A stretch of DNA of 63,960 bases, filler included, from Octopus bimaculoides (Eukaryota): assembly GCF_001194135.2 (NCBI RefSeq). It is 8 parts of 8 records of this genome, joined end to end, with 100 filler letters (N's around TTAATTAATTAA, not from the genome) between each part and the next. Parts side by side here need not be neighbours in the genome. Positions count along the whole stretch, not along the records: positions 11,945 to 24,152 come from NC_069006.1; positions 24,253 to 31,059 come from NC_068982.1; 6 more parts are not named here. One strand, given 5' to 3'. The notes under the pieces are model-generated. The model made no database searches, had not been told where the DNA came from, and worked only from the letters and a program-made list of their open reading frames with translations. Numbering within the stretch: position 1 is the first letter of the stretch; each line of letters opens with the position of its first letter. The translations under genes and the position numbers were made by a program. Of the stretch, positions 14,748-29,065 are shown piece by piece.

Positions 14748-14780
<33 letters not shown>

Positions 14781-14952
14781 AACGCCATTTTGATTATTCA
14801 AGAATCTCATCAATCATTACAAAACAAATGGAAATAAAAACATTTTCAAATAATAAAAAAACATTGATAGGTGTTAGTTTTGTAACTTTATGTACATTTT
14901 TTGTTATAGCGTTTCCCACTTATTATTATTATTATTATTATTATTACTACAG

Positions 14953-14985
<33 letters not shown>

Positions 14986-16314
14986 GTTATATTTCGTCCG
15001 TCTTTGCGTTCTGAGTTCAAATTCCGCCGATGTCGACTTTGCCTTTCATCCTTCCGGGGTCTATGAAATAAGTATCAGTTGAGTACTGGTGTCAATGTTA
15101 TCGATTTACCTCCTCCTCCAACATTGCTGGCATTGTGCCAAAATTTGGAAACATTATCATTATTATTTGTCCTTCACCATTACCGCGTGACAAACGGTGT
15201 TGGTGTATTTACGCCCCAGTAACTTAGCACTGCGGCAAGAGAGACCGATAGAATACAAGCTTTTAAAAAAATAAGTACTGGAGTCGATTCATTCTACTAA
15301 AATTTCTTCAAGGCGGTGCTCCAGCATGACCACAGTCTCATCACTAAAACAAGTGAGAAATAAAACGTTTGACAACAATAACATTTGTGTACTCTCAAAT
15401 GTTATCAGACAAAATCAAAGTCAAAACTAGGCGCGGCCCTCAAGACATTGGAAGAGATTACCGATCATTTTGTAATTATTTTCAGAAGTTGACTAGGTAA
15501 TCGAAGCGCCCTTCCTCAAACATTAGCATCCGAGTGAAGGGCCGACAGNNNNNNNNNNNNNNNNNNNNNNNNNNNNNNNNNNNNNNNNNNNNNNNNNNNN
15601 NNNNNNNNNNNNNNNNNNNNNNNNNNNNNNNNNNNNNNNNNNNNNNNNNNNNNNNNNNNNNNNNNNNNNNNNNNNNNNNNNNNNNNNNNNNNNNNNNNNN
15701 NNNNNNNNNNNNNNNNNNNNNNNNNNNNNNNNNNNNNNNNNNNNNNNNNNNNNNNNNNNNNNNNNNNNNNNNNNNNNNNNNNNNNNNNNNNNNNNNNNNN
15801 NNNNNNNNNNNNNNNNNNNNNNNNNNNNNNNNNNNNNNNNNNNNNNNNNNNNNNNNNNNNNNNNNNNNNNNNNNNNNNNNNNNNNNNNNNNNNNNNNNNN
15901 NNNNNNNNNNNNNNNNNNNNNNNNNNNNNNNNNNNNNNNNNNNNNNNNNNNNNNNNNNNNNNNNNNNNNNNNNNNNNNNNNNNNNNNNNNNNNNNNNNNN
16001 NNNNNNNNNNNNNNNNNNNNNNNNNNNNNNNNNNNNNNNNNNNNNNNNNNNNNNNNNNNNNNNNNNNNNNNNNNNNNNNNNNNNNNNNNNNNNNNNNNNN
16101 NNNNNNNNNNNNNNNNNNNNNNNNNNNNNNNNNNNNNNNNNNNNNNNNNNNNNNNNNNNNNNNNNNNNNNNNNNNNNNNNNNNNNNNNNNNNNNNNNNNN
16201 NNNNNNNNNNNNNNNNNNNNNNNNNNNNNNNNNNNNNNNNNNNNNNNNNNNNNNNNNNNNNNNNNNNNNNNNNNNNNNNNNNNNNNNNNNNNNNNNNNNN
16301 NNNNNNNNNNNNCT

Positions 16315-16700
16315 CCTCTTCTGAAATTGCTGGCCTTGTGCCAAAATTTGAAATCATTATCATTTATAGTAGCACGCTGGACAAAATGCTTAGCGGTATT
16401 TCGCCCGTCGCTACGTTCTGAGTTCAAATTCCGCCGAGGTCGACTTTGCTTTTCATCCTTTCGGGGTGGATAAATTAAGTACCAGTTGCGTGCCGAGGTC
16501 GATCTAATCGACTGGTCCTCTCCCCGCAAATTTCAGGCCTTGTGCCTAGAGTAGAAAGGATTATTCTTAACGTTAGCACGCCGGGCCACCCGTCTTTACG
16601 TTCTGAGTTCAAATTCCGCCGAGGTCGACATTGCTTTTCCCTTCGGGGTCGATAAATTAAGGCTCTCCCAATTTCAGGCTTTGTGCCTATAATAGGAATT
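16315..16700 (+). mobile_element. Cluster of partial and tandem SINE copies
   Basis: TACGTTCTGAGTTCAAATTCCGCCGAGGTCGAC appears at about 16411 and about 16597. Confidence 0.8.
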
Positions 16701-17417
16701 ATTATTATTATTATTATTATTATTATTTACCCGCATCATCGTTTATTTATTTATTATTTTCGTTTGTGTAACTTTTACGGTTCGTTTATTTATAAATATA
16801 TGTTCTAGTTCTTATAGTTTATTATTTTTTTCTTTTAGTTCTTTTTTCTTTCTTTTTGTCTTCTAATCTTTTTTTCACCCCTAAATTATTCACTCCCAAC
16901 TCACTCCAACTCACTCCCCCGCTCTCCATTCAAATACTTGGTTTGTCCTTTTCATTAAACATGATGTTGGCTATTTCGCCATCAGATCTAACTCACTGAA
17001 GCGTGATGCAGACACAGTAAAGTGTTCACTCAACCGTTAACACTGCTACTTCTCATAGCCCCTTTCTATCTCTCTCTCTCTCTTTACACTCTCTGTCCCC
17101 CTCTCCCTCTCTCTGCTCTATTTCTGTCTTTCCTCCTCCTATCTTTCTTTGTCCCTATCCCTTTCTTTCGCTCTCTCTCTTTCGTCCTTCTCTCTCTTTT
17201 TATGCCCCCTCTCTCTCTGCTCAATCCCTTTCTCTCTGTCTCTCTGTCCCCACCATCTCACTCCCTCTTTATCCAGTTACTTTTCTTTCTCGCCCCGTTC
17301 TTCTCTCTCGTTCTATTCACCCTCTCTATTCCCATATTCTTATCGTCTCACACATCAAAACAACAAAACCGTGATGTCGGTTTCAATCCCACCTCTCTCC
17401 GTCTCTTTTCTCTTCAG

Positions 17418-17454
<37 letters not shown>

Positions 17455-17619
17455 CAGAATTTCCTAACATGTTTTTTGAGTGTGGTCTGAGGGAAAAAAT
17501 TAGCTTTTATTTCTAGCAGCCTTGTTGACCGAATACAGCCTCCCACACAGGTCGGTAAATGTATCGGGGAAGAATCAATGAATTCCTCACTTTCTGATTT
17601 CTGTGGCTTCGAGTGAATG

Positions 17620-17995
17620 GACGAAATCATCATCATCATCATCACCATCATTATCATGGCTACCATTAACACCACCACCACCACCACCACTGCTAGCAGT
17701 ACTATCATTATCCCCACCACCAACACCACCACCATTATCACCGCTACATCATCATCATCATCATCATCACCACCACTACTACGAGCACCACCGCCATCAT
17801 TACAACTACCACAATCATCACAACCACCACCACCATCACAATCATCATCATCGTCATCGTCATTAACATCACCATCACCTCCACCACCACCACCATCACA
17901 ATCATCATCACCTCCACCACCACCACCATCACAATCACCATCATCATCATCACCATCATCATCATTAACATCACCTTCACCATCATCACCGTCTA
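17620..17995. repeat. (CAT)n/(CAC)n trinucleotide tract
   Basis: Direct inspection. Confidence 0.95.
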
Positions 17996-18470
17996 CATCA
18001 ATAAAGGTGACCGATAGCAAAGTGTTGCAAAAAAAAAAAAATGTCAAGTTACATATGTCTTCGTGTTCTGAGTTCAAATCGTACCCCGATCACCTTTACT
18101 CTTCATCCTTCCGCGTTCGTTGATGTAAAATACTAATAAAATACTGGAATCATTTCTACCGATTGTACGACAACTTTACTAATGCTTACATCTAAGAACA
18201 AAGCGTTCCAGCCATGGCGAAAGATTCAAATTATTTCAATATCGATATCTAGTTCCAGCTATTGAATTGTAGCCATGCTGGAGCACTGCTTTCAAGAGGC
18301 TGAGAAGGCCACAATAACTCCAGCTTGGTAATTGTTTTATCAGTATCTATTTTTCGAACTGCTAATTACGTACAAACCATAAGCAATAACAATGTGGACC
18401 ATTCGATCTCAAAACACAAACAAGAACAACAACAATAACAACAACACTGGTTTTTCAACGATAAATGTGA

Positions 18471-18501
<31 letters not shown>

Positions 18502-18629
18502 TCGAAATCAGAGCACGTTGGACTAAATAGTTCACCTTATATAATGAAGTTCTTGGGTTTCACTAAATCTCTATGTTGTAAGGAGACGAAGGGCCATCAT
18601 CACAGCATTACACGTCCCAGGATGAAGCA

Positions 18630-18960
18630 TTGCACTAGAGCTCCTACATGACTGACTGAGCGCCACTCCGTCAGTTACGACGACGAGGGTTCCAGTTGAT
18701 CCGATCAACCAAACAGCCTGCTCGTTAAATTAACGTGCAAGCGGCTGAGCACTCCACAGACACGCCTTCCCCTTAACGTTGTTCTCAAGGAGATTCAGCG
18801 TGACACAAAATGTGACAAGGCTGGCCCTTTCAATTACACGTGCAACCCATATTTTTGCCAGCTGGAGCAACGTGAAACAAAGTGTCTTGCTTAAGGATAC
18901 AACGCACCACCAAGGAATCGAACTCACGATCTTACGATTGTGAACCCAATACTCCTACAC
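18630..18960 (-). mobile_element. SINE of a third family (tRNA-like head, GTGTCCTTGAGCAAGACACTTT-type core)
   Basis: Minus strand has B-box-like GAGTTCGATTCC followed by GTATCCTTAAGCAAGACACTTTGTTTCACGTTGCTCCAG; related copies near 23390 and 60340. Confidence 0.7.
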
Positions 18961-19621
18961 ACGGGTATATCGGAGGGAGAATCAGAGCCATATTAACAGC
19001 ATTACAACACCCCTATACAGATTAGTATTAGAAAATTACTATTTTTAAATCTCACAACGTGAGATATTCAGCAACAGTACTTTGGAGTAAAGATTGTTTG
19101 CCAACATAACATGGCAGTCCTGGTTTAGGACTAATGTTGCTGTGATTTAGCCCCAGGAGACATCGCCTTCAGCTAGCTATAGGACACGATCTGTGTCTTT
19201 ATATTTTCGAACAAGGGAATCTAGCAGCCCCACTCAGCTCAAAACAATATCTGTGTATCGCAATTTCTGGGTTATTTCCCTTCATCACCTCTAGCCGAAC
19301 AATTATTCTGTGCTGTTGAAGAAAATTAATCCAGAAGACACTTGCCCAAGGAGCCACGCAGTGGGACTGAACCCAGAACCATGTGGTTAGTAAGCAAGCT
19401 ACTTACCACACAGCCACTCAAATTCAAATTTTGCCACAAGGGCAGCAATTTTGGGGGAGGGGATGAGTCGATTACATCGACCCCAGTGCTTCACTTGTAC
19501 TTAATTTATCGACCCTGAGAGGATGAAAAGCAAAGTCGAATTTGAACTTAGAACGTAGCGGCAGACGAAATACCGCTAAGCATTTCGCCCGGCGTGCTGA
19601 CGATTCTGTCAGCTCGCTGCC

Positions 19622-19653
<32 letters not shown>

Positions 19654-20589
19654 CACAAGAGTGCTAGTACTACTGCCATCACCATCACAACCCCTCCCAC
19701 TCCTGTAGCGTAGCTCTGTCTCCTCCTATCTCAGCTTATTGTATGGATAACATGGAGAGAGGACGGCCCTAGCCTCAGGCCAGACTGTTGCTGACCACAC
19801 CCTTCGACTCCAGGTTTAAATAAAGATGATTAAACAACTGCTTCGATTGCTCCCGGGGGTGGGGATGCACTCCGTAGTTGGCTAGGGATCACAAACATCA
19901 CCTTTAATCAAGAGATGTGTACCGCACCTATACCATGGGGTCGGGTGTACAGCATTAAGGGCCACACCCAGTGGTTGAAATTAGAGGTGATGGAGGGAGT
20001 ATAACGCCTTTGCCTTTCGGCATTAAGGGCAACTCCCAATATTCGTTACCCGTAATCAGAGGTGGAGACCCGAGCACCACATTTTCCCTTGGGTTTCGAT
20101 GTTGTGTATTCGAAGATTAAAAGCCACGCCCTAAATTTCAAATAATAAGACGACAGCCACTCCTTTTGCTTCTGGGTAGAGGTTTACAGATAGACAGAGG
20201 TTGAGCCATAGACCGACCAAAGCTTTCTGATTGGGCTTGGCGGGCAGAAATTGAAAGAAGCCTAATAGAAACTAGTGGAACAGTGTATACTACAGTGGTT
20301 GGTAAGCAAGCTACTTACCACACAGCCACTCCTGCGCCTATATGCTATAGGCTTAACATTATAAAATAAATTAACAAAATTGCTAATTACAAATAAAAAC
20401 AAAACTAGAGTTAAATTAGAAAATTATATATAAAACAATAACAACACAGCAAAAACTAAGACAAATTATAACTAATAAAAGGTCTTAACTGCAAAAAGAC
20501 TAAATAATCCGTCGTTAATTAACTGGCCAACTTGCCCTTTACTTGGGAACTATTCAAACTACACTTAAATTATTGAATAAGTAAATATA

Positions 20590-21205
20590 CAGGGTGCGAT
20601 GGGTAAATTGTCGCTATTTTATATTTTTTAATTTCGTGCATGCGCATTGTTTGTCTTTGATTTTATTGACTACACACTATGTAGGGTCAGTTGGGCCGCG
20701 TCTGTGAGAAAAAGAGCACCATGACGCAATTCACTCTGCCAGGAATTTGGAAACGACATGCTTTACTGTTTGGCATTCGCGCCGGAAACTCCAATACGAA
20801 CTGATGGTGAACACACAGAACAACCGTTGGCTTGCTCTGTTTTTCAAAACATGTACCGAGAGTGATAAAGATCCAACGTCCAGTAAACTTCATGGGTTTT
20901 GGAGTGATCATAGTGTTGGCGACGTCATGCTTCCATTCATCTTCCCACACGGTCTCAGACTCAACACGGAGGCCTACATCAAGTGCCGGGAGGAGGTAGA
21001 GCTGCCCTGGGTCAAGAGGGTGGCTGCTGGAAGACCCTATGTCTGACAACAGGACTCTGCACCATGCCTCACAAGCAAGAGAACCCAGTCATGGCTGTCA
21101 GACAATTTCTGCGACCCTAACATCTGGCCACCTAACTCCCCAGAATGCAACCCCCTTGTTTATTACGTGTGGGGCGCTGTTGAGCGAGAGACCAATAAAA
21201 CTTGC
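20590..21205 (+). mobile_element. Tc1/mariner DNA transposon relic, maT/DD37D-like, internally deleted with a premature stop
   Basis: Starts TA|CAGGGTG; encodes MLPFIFPHGLRLNTEAYIKC...GRPYV*QQDSAPC...WPPNSPECNPLVYYVWGAVERETNK; the third catalytic Asp position reads Val. Confidence 0.8.
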
Positions 21206-21369
21206 CCAAGGTGCCATGTAATGGGATTGAACACGGAACCACGTGGGTTGGAAACAAGTTTCTTACCACGCAGCTACGCCTGCATCTATACACACGCGCG
21301 CGCATATATGATCAGATAAAACGAAGGGTGTCTATTTACCTTTGAGAAGTGCCTGTATGCATATATACA

Positions 21370-21405
<36 letters not shown>

Positions 21406-21764
21406 TGTATACACACACACACACATCTACACAGTCTGTACGCATCCAACTGTGCATGTAAGCAGAAATATTCCTGCCTGCAGCTACACTAAAATGCAGT
21501 GCTCTATGCACCATTGCTTCAAGGTGCGTTGATAATTGCATGTAAAACTGCAGACATACATGGAGGAACATGTTGTTAGAAAGTGAAGTGTGTGTCTTTA
21601 CTGTTGGTGAGTATGCGTGCGTGTATGTATGTGTGTGTTTGTAAAGAGATTGAATACTAGGAAGAGATGTGCATATATATATATAAGAGCATATGCATGT
21701 ATACATACATAGAGAGAGAGAGAGTATGTCCGTATGAGAGAGAGAAAGACAGACAAACAGACAG

Positions 21765-21846
21765 ACAGATAGATAGATAGATAGATGCATACATACATAT
21801 ATACATACATACATACATAGAAAGGAAGACAGAGGTGTAGATAGAT

Positions 21847-21931
<85 letters not shown>

Positions 21932-22032
21932 CATACATACATACATACACACATACATAGAAAAAAGACAGGTGTAGATAGATAAATAGATACATACATA
22001 TATACATACATACATAGAAAGAAGACAGATGT

Positions 22033-22068
<36 letters not shown>
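21765..22068. repeat. (GATA)n/(CATA)n tetranucleotide tract
   Basis: Direct inspection. Confidence 0.95.
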
Positions 22069-24152
22069 GAGGTCGATGTTAAAGTGAGAGTGAAAGAGAC
22101 AGTGTACCTAAATTAACCTCAAGTATTCAAGTGTATTATTGGAGCTGTCTATGAAGATTTCCTCTTCATTATCACATTCCTCATCCAAACCCCCACCGAA
22201 AAACCTCATCGAACCCCCACCCCCACCTGTGTTCCACCTAAGCCCTCTATTGAACACTCCCTCACCTCACCCCCTGACCATAACAAATTAACAATCGTCT
22301 CCCGTTGTCTCAAAACCAGTGAACCATGACAAGAATCTTCCATGCAATTGGCAATTAGTTCGTCACTGGCCAACTTTGGCAAGGGACAGACATGTTAGCA
22401 ATAGATTCAATTTCCTACGAGATTATCAATTCAGCTATGTTTGACTTGCTGTACAACAACTTTAATTAGACGCTTGGGGCTAATTATTTTAAAAGATGGA
22501 CAAATATTTTAATTCAATACATTGCGAATAATAGGAGAGAGATTAAGTTGATATCTTATTGTGGTATTATATTGTTGTTAGATGGGCGATAGTTCTCTCT
22601 CTCAGCTGAATCATGCAATTATTAATAAGATTGACACGGTGTGTAGATGTTGACAAGATAGATAGATAGATAGATAGATAGGTAGATAGAGAGAGAGAGA
22701 GAGGGGGGGGAGAAACAGTATAGATGTTTACTGGTTAGATAGATAGATAGATACTGTGTGGATGCTAACTACATTTATAGATAGATTGAAAGATAGATAA
22801 ATAGATATTCTTAGACAAGAATGTCGTTGCCAGTGTCTTCGAAGTTTTGGCCAGCTAAGCCATCGGACTCTCCGACGATGGCTTAGCTAACTGAAGCTTC
22901 GAAGTCACTGTCAACAACATTCTTGTTTAAGAATAATAAATTTGTACTCTACAAATATATAGAGTAACCCATCAGATTGATGTCGAATCGTTTCTATCAT
23001 AACTAAGCATAAAAAACAAACATTGAGACAGACAGACAGACAGATAGATAGATAGAAATGGTTTATTCTTTTATTCTTTTCTCTTGTTTCCAGTCATTTG
23101 ATGGGATAAATGGACACAAGTGTAGAGAAGCTGACTGGTGAGATATACACATTGTATAGATTTTGACTGGTCAGATAGACACAAAAAAAAAGAATAATGG
23201 GATCGATTCATTCGACTAAGCATTCTTCAAGGCGGTGCCCCAGCTTGGTCGCTGTCTTATGACTGAAACTAGTAAAACACTACGACAGCCTCGGGCCTTG
23301 TGAGTGGATTTGGTGAATGGGAACTGAAAGATACTGATCTCTCTCTCTCTCTCTCTCTGGTATGCGCGCGCTTAGTGATTAGCGTGGCTTAGTGGTTAGT
23401 GCATTCGGCTCATGATCGTAAAGTTATGAGTTCGATTCCCAACGGTGCGTTGTGTCCTTATGCTAAACAATTTTCTTCCCGTTGCTCCAGTCGAGGGCTT
23501 ATATGTCCCAATAGAAGACTATTTACCTGAGCTTAATATGAGTGGAATGTTCTTTTCGCTCCTCTATTTCTTTTTGTAAACCTAAACGATTCATAAGTCA
23601 ACTGAGGGTTCTGCGGGGGATCCCTTGTTCATTGGAAGTCTTCTTTTTTTAATATTTCTGGGGACTCCGAGTGAACACTTGAGCCAAACAACTGTATACC
23701 TACTTTTATCTACCTCTATATGTATGTATGTATACATATATATACACACACGCGAGGGGTGTATGAAAAGTCTTCAGCCTCAAAAAAACAAAACATGGAA
23801 CAAGATTTCTGATGAAGGAACAAAACTTCAAGGCTCAAAACTTTTCATACACCCCTCATATATATATATGTATATATGTATGTATGTATGTATGTATGTA
23901 GATAATTAATATAAACAGCTAGGCACAATATAATACCACAAAGGAAAAAGTCAATCGTCACTAAATGTGACTAAGGGTGCCGAGGACACCGACATTGCTA
24001 GAAATAGGAGTAAAATACTCCTGGTGTGTGTGTGTGTGTGTATGCATGTATGTCCGCCACCATCGCTTCACGACCGCTATGCTAGAAATAGCCGCTAAAT
24101 CGCCTTCGATTCTTTAAAATAGACATTACATTATGAAGGCTTCTAAACTAAA

Positions 24153-24252
24153 NNNNNNNNNNNNNNNNNNNNNNNNNNNNNNNNNNNNNNNNNNNNTTAA
24201 TTAATTAANNNNNNNNNNNNNNNNNNNNNNNNNNNNNNNNNNNNNNNNNNNN
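24153..24252. other. Artificial scaffold-joining spacer
   Basis: 44 N + TTAATTAATTAA (24197-24208) + 44 N. Confidence 0.95.
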
Positions 24253-24573
24253 ATATACACACACACCATTAAAGTGAAAGTATCTGTCATTACAGTATCG
24301 AAATGTGATTGTTTCAGTTAGTGGAATAGTTTCATTTTTAAAGTGAAAGTATTTGACATGAGTGTTTTTGTTTCACTTTTGACATGTAATATTTAAATAG
24401 TGGAGGAGATATGATGTTGCTGTGGGCTCGAACTATGCAAGAAGTAAAAAATTTTTTTTGACTAAAACACATAAGACATGTGTAAAATTTGAATGAAATT
24501 GGTTGTGTAGTTCTCGAGTTTTAGGGAAACACACAGACAGACAGACAGACATTCTCATTTTTATATATATAGA
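24253..24573 (-). mobile_element. Non-autonomous Helitron-like element, 5' end
   Basis: Minus strand reads A|TCTATATATATAAAAATGAGAATGTCTGTCTGTCTG...ACCAATTTCATTCAAATTTTACAC: a 5' TC terminus followed by a (GTCT)n tract. Confidence 0.55.
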
Positions 24574-27500
24574 TAATAATGTTAGTACATGTAGTTCTTT
24601 GTAAACAAGTAATTGCAGACTGGCCCAGAAACTTATGCTAGCAGCTAGTATATATATTGTAGGTGTTGTTTAGTCCCAGGTCCACCCTCCATTTATGATG
24701 CATTTTAAAGGAAATTTCTAGTTTAATTTCTGCTATTTCTAGCAGATAAAGTGACAACATAGGTTCCCTTGTTTGGCTTGAGCAGAGAGTATATTGTAAA
24801 GGTTGTTAACCAGTATATTCGATGCACTTCACCCACTTTCTAACTCAATTATAAACTTCAAATACAACATGGTTGTTTTTATGTACATTTTCAATTGTCA
24901 TGCTTTTTGATTAGTGGATACTATAGTAAAATAGGCAGATAGACAAGGGGACTAGTCTATGGTGTGCAGAATTATACCTGTAAGACCAGCCAGGTTCAGT
25001 TTATCCATGCCACTGTAAAACCAAGAGCCAGCACTGTATGTAACTAGAGGATGGAGAGAAGCCAACTTTTACAGAATGAGTGCATGAATCAGTAATATTT
25101 CTGCTAGAGAAAGAGGAAAGCAAACAGATTTCAATTAATTAATGCCTGAATTAGAAATGGATCCTTTTTATGTTTGTAGAATTTGCAATGAAATACTATT
25201 TTCAATTAAATATAATTGAGTAGAATTTAAATCCATCTATTCTCTTAACTGAATTTTAGTTATGATATTTAAGAGATTTTCATTAAATATTAGTGTTACT
25301 ATTTAACAATTGAATGTCACCCAGTAAAAGTAAAAAGGTTTATTTTGAGGCAAACAGTGTTAGTTTTCTTTCCAATAATTATAATAAACCCTAACAGATA
25401 TCATCAACCATCAATGAATCTAAACCACTTCTAATCAGTTAACAAATGATTTGAAGTAGTCTAATAAAATAGATTTTATTTTCTTAATATCTCTTACAAC
25501 AAAGCTGTCATAGATACAGGACAGCTTGAAACTGGAGTTAGTGGAAATAAAGTACTTTTGATTACATGCATAAAAAAAATAACTACTGGAATAATTTACA
25601 TGCATATGAGTGTAAACTTTAATGTGTTTAAAAATGTAAAAATAGTGTTCATAAAAAGCACAAAAGTTAAGTTGAATACATAGAATAAATAAATAAAAAC
25701 AATTTAAAATCAGCCAACAGTTATCATAGGCATTTTGTTGCAATATGAAACTATCAAAGAAAGAAGGCCTCTGTTTGGTTCAAAAAGGTCTTATTCAATA
25801 TAAGTTTTTAGGGGTCTTTTTCATTTAAACAAGAAAGTTGAAAACTTTTTCCACTCCTTAATTCCTGCTGACGTAAGGAATCTATATTAAATAGATAATG
25901 TAAATACCTAACAAAAAAAGTGTCTGTTTTGCTTCAAGTAGCTAAGATGTAATTGTGTAAGAAAAAAAATACAGAAAATAAAAAGTTATAAACAAAAACA
26001 AATTTGTAAAACAAGAGGTCACTTAATATTTCACTGTATTTAGTGTATAGATTAAATCAATTCACAACATTGAAAGATTGTTTTAAAAGAAAAAAAAAAA
26101 TTATTCTATCTACTATTAGCAAAGGATTTCCTGCAGAACAACATTTTTTTAAAAATTTGAATATTTGTTTCATTTCTTCAATAACTGAATCAAAATTTCT
26201 ACTACACTGGATTGTAATGGCCATGTCAAGCAATTCAGATATTTGCTTTGTGTTCTTTCAACAGGCTCTTAGCACATACCTCAGTACCATCTCAATACAA
26301 AAATAAGGGCTTCTATTTTCTCTAGTGAATGCTACAAGCTACAAGTCTCAGACCCTAAATGAGATTCCTAGTTCTACTTATTTCATTTAAATTGCCAATG
26401 TCATTAGTATTTTATTTTATTCATGTTCTCAATGCTATGGAAAAGGCACCCAGTATACCCTGTAAAGTGGTGGGCATTAGGAAGGACATTCAGCCACAAA
26501 AATCTTGCCAAAGCAGACACTAGTGACCAACACATCCCTCAGGCTAGTTGGATCTTGCTGAACCATTCAACCCATGCCAGCATGGAATACAGATGTTTGA
26601 TGATGATGATGATGGGACAGTCAGAGTAGGCAAAGCATTGTATGTCCACCTGTGTGGGTGGCATTAAAATAAATGTTCAGTCTGAACATCTGTAAGGAGA
26701 CTTAATGTCAGGACTTTCATTCCCCAACAGTCAAATAACATACATTATTGTCATAAGTGAAGACAATTCTGAACCAATAATTCACAAACAACTACTGAGT
26801 TATGACACTATGTAATGGGGAAATGGAATCATTATGATAGTCAAAATAGGACAAAACTTAATGCAATATTTAGTTTCACCTCATTAAATTTTGATTTTGA
26901 ATCTTTCCAAGGTCAATTTTACCTTCCAGTCCTGAAGTTGTTGAAATAAAATACTGAGGTTCATAGAATTGATTGTTCCTTCACCAGAAATTTACGCCAT
27001 TTTGCCTTGGTCACATTGGCCAATACAAAGACTTTGTAAAGCAGAAAGGACTCTTTTGTCTTGCAGGGAACAAAGCAATCTCATTACTACCAGTACCGCT
27101 ATAAAATTAACCCAGTTGTAAAGTGGTTGGTGAATGAGGAGACAATATGGTCATATGGATCTTTAATCTTAAAGATATGTCAAGCTCTTTAGTGCTGGTG
27201 CCATGATAAAATGCATCCAATACACTACATAAATGGTTGCTATTAAGAAAGGTATCTAGCCATAGAAGCCATAGTAAATGTAAAAATGTTTGAGTGAAAT
27301 GTGGTCTCCTGACCTATCTATGGTGATAATGACCTTAAATAAGAACTGTCTTAAACTATGACAACCAGTCTAATATATATGAATATATATTGATAATGAC
27401 GATGCCTATTCATTGATTCAGTCATATATTAAGTTTAGAAAATATTGCTCCAAGGCAGAGCCAATATTTTAAAAACAGAAAGGAAAAAAAGTCAGTAAAA

Positions 27501-28413
27501 AAAAACAAACTATTACTGCAAATCTACTTTCAAGTTTAGAATAGCTTCAGTAGAGTTGAGTATGCATAACCTTAACAGGATGAGACAACAATGGTTTCTG
27601 ATTTTGTTACATGACCATGAATTTGAGGAGAGTATTGTAGTCAATTGAATCAACCATATTTTCTAAATAGTACTTATTTTATTAATACTAAGGATAAAAG
27701 GCAATCATTAGTGGGATTTGAACTCAGAATAAAGAAAGAAGTAATCTCTTTCAGACAAATACTCTCAGTCAACCATACTACCGTTTCCACCAATTTAGTA
27801 CTCTCATAATATTAATGACAAAATCAAGTCAGCATGGGAGCCTCTATGCAGTCACATAACTGACTACAAATAGAAGTCAAATCTCTCTCAGATCACATCC
27901 CACCATCTTAAAAAAAATGAAGAGGTCATAAAATATTAATATAGTGCAAGATACTTTCTGACAAAAAGATTAGATGGCCATAAATGTATCAAGGTCGTTT
28001 AGTCCAAGCTATATAACACTGCTAATCTCTTATTAAACTAACATTGTTGACTGATAAAAAAAAAAAAGAAAAAAACCAGTAAGACTCAGTGATTCTAATC
28101 CTAATATATCACAACAGAGAGCTTTACTATTTAGTCTTCTAAGTAACCATATCATTTCAGGCTCTATATTGGTTTCAAATTTTGGCACAAGGCCAGAAAT
28201 TTTGGGGAGAGGGGGTAAGTCAGTTATATCGACCCTAGTGCTCAACTGGTACCTATTTTATCAACCCTGAAAAGGGATGAAATGCTACTAAGCATTTCTT
28301 CACAGCCTTACTTCAGGCTCTACATTAGCAACAGCAAAAGAAAAGAAGTAATATTTGACAAGATCACAATCTGCTTGTAGTCACAACACAAAACATAGTT
28401 TAATTTCCTTAAA

Positions 28414-28645
28414 CCCTTTAGCAATCAGATTACTCTGTCAAATGTATTATTTATTCACATTGCTTGCAATTCACATTGATTCAAATTAATCATGCATTAT
28501 CTGATAGCTTTGAGATTTCAATAATGTGATTATTTATTTTTAGAATGACATTGTTGGGTAGGTGTGAGAGGCAGGATCTGGTCAGTTTGAACATAAAACA
28601 GGTACAGTATTTGCACCACATACAACTGGTTTAAATGCTAAAGGG
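28414..28645. mobile_element. piggyBac-type MITE
   Basis: Perfect 10-bp TIRs CCCTTTAGCA / TGCTAAAGGG; flanked by TAAA (left) and TTAA (right). Confidence 0.75.
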
Positions 28646-28997
28646 TTAAAGAACATCAGCTAAGAATCACATCCTAATTACAAGCATAGTTTACTAATTT
28701 ACATTTAATTGAAATCAACCTGTACCAGAATAGGAAAACATTTGTTTGAAAAATTCATTTATCAAGTAAATTAGAAATTCTAAACTCTAAATATGAGTAA
28801 TAGATTTTAATGAGCTGTTATTCTACAATATGACTGACCCACAGCAAAAATAAGAAGAGTAATTTCTGTCTATATTAATTATGAGAGGTGAAATTTCTAA
28901 TAATAACCTACAACATAACAATTAACTATATCTGTTTCCTTCTTAGCTATCATAGTTGAGGTTATTGATTAGCCATGCTCTAAGCTATTTACTACTG

Positions 28998-29065
<68 letters not shown>

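Noticed and set aside
9053-18123. Long poly-Met, Ile, His, Asp and Ser/Pro ORFs in the track
   Set aside because: Translations of trinucleotide microsatellites, open in several frames on both strands.
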